Below are positions 35,646 to 43,760 of a DNA stretch of 64,000 nucleotides, piece after piece. A program made the position numbers and the translations under genes. The notes beneath the pieces are model-generated. The model made no database searches. It saw nothing but the letters and a program-made list of their open reading frames with translations, and was not told the origin of the DNA. The number at the start of each line of letters is the position of its first letter. The first letter of the stretch is position 1. The stretch covers positions 372,001-436,000 of the forward strand of contig JAKIMF020000011.1 in the NCBI GenBank assembly GCA_022605425.2. The letters are read 5' to 3'. This DNA is from Hamiltosporidium tvaerminnensis FI-OER-3-3 (Eukaryota > Fungi > Microsporidia).

Positions 35646-38105
35646 TTATTCATTTCCTTCAAAATCTTCCAAATGCTTCAACATAATTCTACTGCTATCA
35701 AACACCCCTTCAGTCTCACCATGTTTATTTCCACCTTCCACTTTACGCGTTTCTCCCCAACTAAAATCATCAAAATGCCAAAAAGCGTAAACAGGCAGTA
35801 CAAAGTTCCAAATAGGTAAACTAAAAATATAAACAACAATCCAAAACAAGTAACTTATCTCTCTCGTAGTCAGTAAAATTAAAATAGCCGGTAATCCTAA
35901 AATACCACCCAACATAACCAAAGGAATCCATTCTGGTTTTATCAAAATACTGCTTGCTATAAGAACACCTGTGAATACAATAGCAGCAGGTAATACCAAG
36001 GTACCCATCAATTCCATCACTACTACAAATTGCATCGAACAACAAAACGTACCACACAATTTACCAACCAATACTAACTCAAACAAGTTATGAATCGTAG
36101 AATTTATCCATCTTCTTCTCTGTGACAGCAAAACACCAAAACTTCCCGGTACAAGTGTCTCTGCTTTAGCCTGTGGTATGAACACCAATTTCCGTTTATA
36201 AAAAGTCTTAAGTAATAAAGTAGTCAAGTATCTATCCTCTCCCAAATAAAGTAAATTTTTTAAATGTAATGTTTCTGCCACATAAGTACTATAAGCATTA
36301 ACAATAAACGTATTAGATAAGATCGGTATCACACCAGCCTTTTCATTTACCTTAATTCTGTACATACAGAAACAACCCGGTAAACATGTCACACCACCAA
36401 AAACACTTTCAAAAGATTTACTTAAATGATGAGAAATATAATATTCAAATACCTGTATCATAGACACCCAACTCTCAAATTTATTCATTATCTTGGTTTC
36501 TCCACACATCCCCATAATCTTTTTATCAGTTAAAAAAAAATGCACCATATAACTCAAAGCACTAGATTCTACAATAGTATCGGCATCTACCATCAAAATA
36601 CACTCAAAATCTTCAGGATTTACAATTCTCATAATATATTTCATCTTTCGATAAATATCAAAATCCAATGAACTTAATCTATCGTTATAAAGTAATTTTT
36701 GATAAAAACTCATTAAAATAACTTGACTGTCTCTTTTTCCTCGGTTACCACTGTCTTCACTACAATTACCACATTTTACTATTAAAAGTATGTTCGTTAC
36801 ATTATTATTAATTTTATATTTACCAGGATATACTTTTGCCCGGTTATGTCTTTTATTACCATCAGCTAAAGCTATATAGTCTTGTGGTATAATAGGGTAT
36901 TTATTGTCTACTTCTATTAGTTCTAACAGAATTTCCGGAGTTGTTTTATCATTTTCACTACCTTTTATCATACCATCTGCAATCACTACAATCAGTTTAT
37001 ATTCATACGGATACATCTGCATACATAAAGAATCCAATGTAGATTTAAGACCTTCTCTACCTTCTGAGTAACAAGTAACCAGTAAAATACACGGCAGAGG
37101 TGTACGATTGCCATGCTGTCCGGTAATACTTTCATTTATACGCCCATCAGGGGTTAGATTAGGGTTAGCTTCGGGGTTAGAGGTAGGGTTAGGAAACGTT
37201 ATTTTCCTATTATTTCCAGAAACACTTACAGTATCACAATAACACTCTCCCACTCTGTGTCTTCTTGCTTTCCGTTTAATATGCCACGAATAAACCGTAG
37301 CCAACACAAATCTAGTAATAATTAACCCAAATATAGCCACTGTAGAAATATATAACATTATATCAGATACAATACACCCTACCGTCTTACTAGACACTTT
37401 ACCAGCATAGAAAGTATCTTTAAAACACACCAAATCCTCAGAATCTATCCCCTGTATCCCATCAGACATTATACTCTTACCTTTATATTTTTCAATAAAC
37501 TCATTAAACGTACTATCAATACAATAACCAGGATCATACACCTTATCATCAATAATAATATAACCCAAACTATTTACATCTTTATATGTGTAATGTATAG
37601 GTCCTATCTCACTAAAATTATCTTTTTTTAAAATTGCATTTTTTAAGTTAATAACATTATTTCTACAAGATTTACTTATATTTTGTTTAATAAAAGGTGT
37701 TATATTAGTACGTGGTATTACATCAACACTATTATTATCAATATAACTTAAAACTCCATTAATAAATACAACTTCTCTATCTAATTTAGCATTTTCTAAA
37801 TTACTATAAATATATTGATTATTATTTTTACAAATTAATATATTCATAAGATAAGTAATAAATCCTAATAGCATACAACCTAGAAATATAAGAAAACATA
37901 AAGTTACTTTTTCTCTCCAAGCTTGTTGTACAGCAGGATTTGACATATTAAATAAACGTAAAATACAATTTGGTATAAAAAAAGTGGTTATATATGTAAT
38001 TATACGCCAAGGTGTTAATTTTTTATTGTTTTGTGATTTTGTATCTTTTTTTATAAATGTTCTTGAAACTGATCTAAGTATTTCTCCTTGTGAAGGTGTA
38101 GACAT
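35646..38105 (-). CDS. CHS: Chitin synthase (class IV / Chs3-like, GT2)
   Basis: AWREK, TCYSEG, NRGKRDSQ, MVDADT, TCLPGCF, GEDRYLT, QRRRW and FDDFSWGETR; CCC upstream of the ATG. Confidence 0.97.
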   Translation of the reverse strand: MSTPSQGEILRSVSRTFIKKDTKSQNNKKLTPWRIITYITTFFIPNCILRLFNMSNPAVQQAWREKVTLCFLIFLGCMLLGFITYLMNILICKNNNQYIYSNLENAKLDREVVFINGVLSYIDNNSVDVIPRTNITPFIKQNISKSCRNNVINLKNAILKKDNFSEIGPIHYTYKDVNSLGYIIIDDKVYDPGYCIDSTFNEFIEKYKGKSIMSDGIQGIDSEDLVCFKDTFYAGKVSSKTVGCIVSDIMLYISTVAIFGLIITRFVLATVYSWHIKRKARRHRVGECYCDTVSVSGNNRKITFPNPTSNPEANPNLTPDGRINESITGQHGNRTPLPCILLVTCYSEGREGLKSTLDSLCMQMYPYEYKLIVVIADGMIKGSENDKTTPEILLELIEVDNKYPIIPQDYIALADGNKRHNRAKVYPGKYKINNNVTNILLIVKCGNCSEDSGNRGKRDSQVILMSFYQKLLYNDRLSSLDFDIYRKMKYIMRIVNPEDFECILMVDADTIVESSALSYMVHFFLTDKKIMGMCGETKIMNKFESWVSMIQVFEYYISHHLSKSFESVFGGVTCLPGCFCMYRIKVNEKAGVIPILSNTFIVNAYSTYVAETLHLKNLLYLGEDRYLTTLLLKTFYKRKLVFIPQAKAETLVPGSFGVLLSQRRRWINSTIHNLFELVLVGKLCGTFCCSMQFVVVMELMGTLVLPAAIVFTGVLIASSILIKPEWIPLVMLGGILGLPAILILLTTREISYLFWIVVYIFSLPIWNFVLPVYAFWHFDDFSWGETRKVEGGNKHGETEGVFDSSRIMLKHLEDFEGNE

Positions 38106-39183
38106 ATTAAAGGGTTATTTGTTTATTTCTATTTTAGGTAAATAAGAGGTGGGAATAGGATATAGGGGTGTTAGGGTTAGGGATAGTAAGAGGGTGTTAA
38201 TATAGAGGTGATGGATATTAAGGGTGTATAATATAAAGGGATAGTAAGAGGGAAGTTAGGGATAGTAAGGGGGTGTTAATTATTAAAGATGGTAAGAGGG
38301 TGTTAATATAAAGGGATAGTAAGATGGAAGTTAGGGATAGTAAGGGGGTGTTAATATAAAGGGATAATAAGAGGGTGTTAATATAGAGGGAAGTTAGGGA
38401 TAGTAAGAGGGTGTTAATATAGAGGGAAGTTAGGGATAGTAAGAGGGTGTTAATATAGAGGGAAGTTAGGGATAGTAAGAGGGTGTTACTTAGATGAACC
38501 CTATGTATAATATAAGGGTGTTATTATAAAAGATACTAAGAGGGTGTTAATTATAAGAAAATAATAGTAATAATATAAAGGGTTTTAATCCTTTAAAAAT
38601 TATTTAATTAAATATCAATTGTTTATAAATAAAAACTTTTAATCAAAACTATACATTAACCCTTTAAGTATATAGAGTATAAATAACACCCTATTATTTA
38701 TTAGTACTATAAATAACAACTTTAAGTATATAGAGTATAAATAACACCTCCTTACATTCTAGTACCTCCATATCCCTTTATCCTCACTACCAATACTCTT
38801 ATTTACTTCCATTTATAACACCCTTATATCCTTATATCCTTATCTTTAACACCCTCTACTCTTTATTCACACTCTACTTATAAACCTATAATATAACACC
38901 CTTATATCCCTATCCCTATACCCTTATTCACTTACCATTTATAAACCTATAATATAACACCCTTATATCCCTATCCCTATACCCTTATTCACTTACCATT
39001 TATAAACCTATAATATAACACCCTTATATCCCTATACCAATACTCTTTATTCACTTTCCATTTATAAACCTATAATATAACACCCTTATATCCCTATCCC
39101 TATACCCTTATTCACTTACCATTTATAAATCTATAATATAACACCTCCTCCACCTCCTTATCTTTAACACCCTATACCCTTAT
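38106..39183. repeat. Bipolar G-rich/C-rich tandem-repeat spacer (36-bp GGGTGTTA units, then 61-bp TAACACCC units)
   Basis: GGGATAGTAAGAGGGTGTTAATATAGAGGGAAGTTA repeats ~38170-38490; switch ~38590-38655; 61-bp units at 38924, 38985, ~39047 and 39108. Confidence 0.9.
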
Positions 39184-40152
39184 TCACTTACCATTTATAA
39201 ATCTATAATATAACACCTCCTCCACCTCCTTATCTTTAACACCCTCCACCTCCTCTTCATAAACCTGAAAATTAGAAGTATCACCAGCAGACCTTACAAA
39301 AGGAACAATAGGTGGTTTAACCTGTAACATCCTATACTTATACCAATCAACACCATAAAAGAAAGGATGTTCCATAATCTCACTAACACCATTACAACTA
39401 CCCAACCTTTTACTCACATTTCTCTCAACAAGTCTCTCTATCAAATTACCAGCCAATTTATCAATACAAGAAGATAAATTAATATTTTCATTTAATATTC
39501 TTTGATAAATAATATAATGAGACTCATTATAAAAAGGAGGATTACCTGTCAACATCTCATGTATTAATATTCCTAAAGACCAATAATCTACCTCTTTAGA
39601 ATGTCCTTCTCCTAATAATTTCTCTGGTGCCATATATTCTGGGGTACCACATACTGTATATGTCAATGTATCTATACTTTTAGAAAATCCAAAATCTGTC
39701 AGTTTTATATGTCCAGATGCAGTTAATAAAATATTTTCTGGTTTTAAATCTCTATAAATTATATTTCTTAAATGTAAGTCTTGTAATGCTAATAACACTT
39801 CACATGTATAAAACCGTGTAGCGTATAAACCAAAACTTCCCATTTTTTTAAGCCAGTAAAATAATTCACCACCTGGTACATATTCTAATACCATACATAA
39901 CATATTGTTGTAATGGAATGTACTGTATAGTTTTACTATGAAAGGAGATGTACGCATGTAACTTAATAATATCTTTTCGTTATATACATGTTCTACTTGT
40001 CTAAGACGTATTATGTCGGATTTACGCATCATTTTTATTGCAAAGAATTTGTCTGATGTGGTGTAAATTCTTTTGAGACGAGCTAAATACACTCGACCGA
40101 ATGTACCTGTTCCGGTGGTTTTAATAAGTTCAAAGTCATTCATACGGAACAT
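39184..40152 (-). CDS. PKA: cAMP-dependent protein kinase catalytic subunit-like (AGC kinase)
   Basis: GTGTFGRV, QVEHVYNEK, YRDLKPEN, DFG, TVCGTPEYMAPE and GDTSNF; CCCCC upstream of the ATG. Confidence 0.93.
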   Translation of the reverse strand: MFRMNDFELIKTTGTGTFGRVYLARLKRIYTTSDKFFAIKMMRKSDIIRLRQVEHVYNEKILLSYMRTSPFIVKLYSTFHYNNMLCMVLEYVPGGELFYWLKKMGSFGLYATRFYTCEVLLALQDLHLRNIIYRDLKPENILLTASGHIKLTDFGFSKSIDTLTYTVCGTPEYMAPEKLLGEGHSKEVDYWSLGILIHEMLTGNPPFYNESHYIIYQRILNENINLSSCIDKLAGNLIERLVERNVSKRLGSCNGVSEIMEHPFFYGVDWYKYRMLQVKPPIVPFVRSAGDTSNFQVYEEEVEGVKDKEVEEVLYYRFINGK

Positions 40153-40872
40153 ATTGGTAAAGGGGGTTTTGAGGGGATGGGTGGATATAGTAGTAGTAGT
40201 AGGGTAGTATGTTAGAGGGTGTTAGGGGATTGGAGGGTGAGTGGGGGGTGTTAGTAGTAGGGATATGTGGTAGGGTGTTGGTATATAGGATATGTGGTAG
40301 GGTGTTAGTAGTAGGGATATGTGGTAGGGTGTTAGGTGATTGGAGGGTAGGTGGAGGGTGTTATTAATAAGAGTAGTTGATAAGAGTATTAAGAGGGTGT
40401 TAGGGGATTGGAGGGTAGAGTGGAGGGTGTTAAAGATAAGGAGGTGGAGGAGGTTAGAGGGTTTTGGTGATAGTAGAGATGTATTGGAGGGTGTTAGTGA
40501 TAGTAGGGATGTATTGGAGGGTGTTAGTGTATGTACTTATAAATAACACCTTCTAATATACTCTTATAAATAACACCCTCTTAAGTATTATCTTATAAAC
40601 AACACCCTCTAATACTCTAATACACTACTCTTATAAATAACACCCCTCTAATACATTACCCTAATTACTAACACCCTCTAACATTACTACCCCAATTAAT
40701 AACACCCTCTAACACTACTACTACTGTTACTAACACCCTCTAATAGTCTAATACACTACTCCTGTTACTAACACCCTCTAACACCACTACCCAAATTAAT
40801 AACACCTTCTAATACACTCTAACACCCCTCTCCCACTACCCCTATAAATAACCCTAACCTTCCACCCCCTTT
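40153..40872. repeat. Bipolar G-rich/C-rich repeat spacer between divergent genes
   Basis: GGGTGTTA repeats 40160-40530, TAACACCC repeats 40543-40870, near-palindromic centre. Confidence 0.9.
40863..40872 (+). promoter_or_regulatory. Microsporidian CCC-like start-proximal motif (example; also at the transposase, NADK, both LRRs, CHS, PKA and 46561)
   Basis: CCACCCCTTT-ATG. A CCC within ~15 nt of the ATG is an established microsporidian signal. Confidence 0.7.
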
Positions 40873-41694
40873 ATGTGCTCTAATGACTGTAACTGTTCCA
40901 CAAAAATAACAGATGATAAATTTATAAACCACTTTATAAACACTAACACCCTATTATGTATAAATGAAAAAATCAAAGGAAATATAAAATTAGTTTTTAA
41001 AAACTTTAAAGATAGAAATGATATATCAAAATATACACAAATAAAACCCTCTTCATTATTCTTATTAATACGTATTAATTTTACTTGTAAAGTAAAATTA
41101 AGTAGTATGTTAATTAAAGGAGAATTTAAAGAAATTAAATTTTATGTTAATAGTGATATAGACAGTGTTAATTATAAGAATAAGAAAGAAGTAGAAAGTT
41201 TTAAAATCAATGTAAGTGATAATGATTATAGGGGTAGTAGTAAGGAGGGGGAGGGTAGTAGGGGGGGTAGTGATAATAAGGGTAGTATGGAGGAGGGTAA
41301 GGAGGAAGTAGATAATAATTATAAAGGTAATAATAAGGGTAATGAAGTAGATAATAAAGGTAATGAAGTAGATAATAATAAAGGTAAAAATATAAATATT
41401 AATAAAGGTAATAACAGTATTAATACCCCTAGTAACACCAGTGGTAATCAGGACGTAGATTGCTTTGGAATTAATAATGTTCATATCAATGAGATAGTGT
41501 TAAGGAATAGTAAATATAAAGATTGTATTTCTATAAGTTTATTGTTAAATGGAAATGAAAATAGTAAATTGTATTATCTTTCTTTTAAAGGTGAGAAAGG
41601 TAATGAAATGGCTAAGGCTGTTGTTACTAAGTATGAGGCAAGGAGTTATGAGGATATAACATGTAAGGATAAAGGGTATAGTATTATAGAGTAG
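40873..41694 (+). CDS. PITH-domain (proteasome-interacting) protein, PITHD1-like, with low-complexity insertion
   Basis: LLIRINFTCKVKLSSMLIKG, IKFYVN, SKLYYLSFKGE and VVTKYEA match the PITH pattern; N/G/K/E insert at ~41215-41455; CCCCC before the ATG. Confidence 0.75.
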   Translation: MCSNDCNCSTKITDDKFINHFINTNTLLCINEKIKGNIKLVFKNFKDRNDISKYTQIKPSSLFLLIRINFTCKVKLSSMLIKGEFKEIKFYVNSDIDSVNYKNKKEVESFKINVSDNDYRGSSKEGEGSRGGSDNKGSMEEGKEEVDNNYKGNNKGNEVDNKGNEVDNNKGKNININKGNNSINTPSNTSGNQDVDCFGINNVHINEIVLRNSKYKDCISISLLLNGNENSKLYYLSFKGEKGNEMAKAVVTKYEARSYEDITCKDKGYSIIE

Positions 41695-42350
41695 TGGGGG
41701 GTGTTAGTGATAAGGATAGTAGATTAAAGGGTATGGTATTATAGAGTAGTGGGGGGTGTTAGTGATAAGGATAGTAGATTAGAGGGTAATAGATTAGGAT
41801 AGTAGTGGAGGGTATGGTATTATAGAGTAGTAAATGGGTGTTAGTGATGAGGATAGTAGATTAGAGGGTAATAGATTAGGATAGTAGATTAGAGGGTATG
41901 GTATTATAGAGTAGTAGAGGGTAGTAAGTATGAGGGAATAGGGTTAGTAGAGTAGAGGGTGTTAGTACTAATACTAGGAAATAAAAGGGTGTTAGTAATA
42001 CTATTAAATAAGAGGGTGTTACTAAGTATACTATTAAATAAAAGGGTCTTAGTATCTATACTATTAAATAAAAGGGTGTTAGTAATACTATTAAATAAGA
42101 GGGTGTTACTAAGTATACTATTAAATAAAAGGGTCTTAGTATCTATACTATTAAATAAAAGGGTGTTAGTAATACTATTAAATAAGAGGGTGTTACTAAG
42201 TATACTATTAAATAAGAGGGTGTTAGTAATACTATTAAATAAAAGGGTGTTCCTACTAATACCTCTATTAAAAAATCTTTAAATCTAAGTAATTTATACT
42301 TAACTTATACTTAATTATACGTTGTTTATTATCTTTTACACCCTTTAATA
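41695..42350. repeat. G-rich tandem arrays downstream of the PITH gene (gene-end-derived units; 24/27-bp units in 78-bp higher-order repeats)
   Basis: GGGTATGGTATTATAGAGTAG copies, then ACTATTAAATAAaAGGGTGTTA units 41980-42250; polarity switch near 42250. Confidence 0.88.
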
Positions 42351-42489
42351 TATTAGAAGGTATAAATACATAATTAAATATTTAAAACCTTTTAATTTAC
42401 TAATAAAAAATTATATTTAAATTATAATTAAGATAAGACATGTGGTAGATTCATTTTAATGAAATTGAAATAAACCAGTGTTTAACATA

Positions 42490-42680
42490 AGATAATAACA
42501 ATGTCTTAAACATTGTTATCTTAAACATTGTTTATTAAACTAACTTATCTTAAACATTATTTATTAAACTAACTTATCTTAAACATTATTTATTTATTAA
42601 ACTATTATTTATTTATTTTTATTTATTTATTTATTTTTTTATTTATTTATTTAATTATTTATTTATTTTTTTATTTTTTA
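42490..42680. repeat. AT-rich short tandem repeats (TATCTTAAACATT; TTTA microsatellite)
   Basis: Visible repeats. Confidence 0.7.
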
Positions 42681-43014
42681 AATACAATTTACTATTTTGT
42701 AACGTATTTAAAGAACCGGTAAATTACTGAATTTAGTTAATGTTTCTTTTATGAAATATTTAAGGATCATACTCCAGCTTGAAATTCCCTTATAATAAAC
42801 ATATTCTTAAATAATCTTAACATATATTTATAGCTAAGATATATTTCAGTGACTTAAATGAGATTTATCTAAGAGTATAAATATCATACTAAGTTATAAA
42901 AATATTTTTATTTAATTATATTTAATTTATAAGTGATAAGTGTTTTAATTAAAGTAATAAAAGTTATATTTTTAAGATTCAATATTAATAAATAAAATAT
43001 ATTAAGAAGTAAAT

Positions 43015-43178
43015 TTGTAATAAGATAATACTTTATATAAGAAATAAGTTTGTAAAGAGATAATACTTTATAGAAGATATTACTTTATAGAAGATATTAC
43101 TTTGTATAAGATATTATTTTAGAGAAGATAATACTTTATACAAGATATTACTTTAGAGAGGATATTATTTTATAGACT
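43015..43178. repeat. ~18-20-bp minisatellite (AAGATATTACTTTATAG)
   Basis: About 7-8 degenerate units. Confidence 0.8.
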
Positions 43179-43599
43179 TTGTCCTGTTTATACAAATTCT
43201 TATGAAACAAGCATAAGATGTATTAGGATGTTTAATTCTTATCAGAAATCTTAACAATTATTTAAACATCTGAATAAACATTTAAGTGTATACTTAATAC
43301 TGAGAGGTACAAGAGGATTGAAATAAGTGAGGGTGTAAGTTGTAAAGGGTATGCTTTTAAATATATCTCTTTATTGATAAAGGTTATTCAATCTGTGTAT
43401 TAATTTATTAACTTTACATTTCGAATATCTAAAAGACAAAAATGAAAGGAAATTAAGGAAAATGAAAGTAAATAAAATAACGGAATATTCTTTTTATTTC
43501 ATAATTTATTTATTTTTGTATTATTTTGATTTAAAATATATTTTATTTCCTTGTTTATACGAAATATATTTGAAATTTAATAATATTTTTTGTTTTTTA

Positions 43600-43760
43600 A
43601 CTATTTTTGCTCGTATTAGATGCATGGATTCTTAGGATCTAATATTTATTTTTTATAATTGCTGTGATTATTGTGATTGTTAGGATTATTGTGATTGTTA
43701 TAACTGTCGTTATTGTTGTGATGGATGTGACTGTCGCTATTGTCGCTATTGTTTTACTTT
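43600..43760 (-). pseudogene. Gln-rich repeat coding relic
   Basis: Minus frame reads Q*RQ*RQSHPSQQ*RQL*QSQ*S*QSQ*SQQL*; every stop is TAA/TAG in a Gln position. Confidence 0.4.

Noticed and set aside
41959-42282. 107-aa LLNKRVLV repeat ORF
   Set aside because: Non-ATG start; a by-product of 24/27-bp tandem units.
38106-42350. CRISPR array
   Set aside because: Eukaryotic context, no unique spacers and no cas genes.
43653-43757. TAR=Gln genetic code
   Set aside because: Intact genes here end in TAA/TAG and contain no internal TAR codons.
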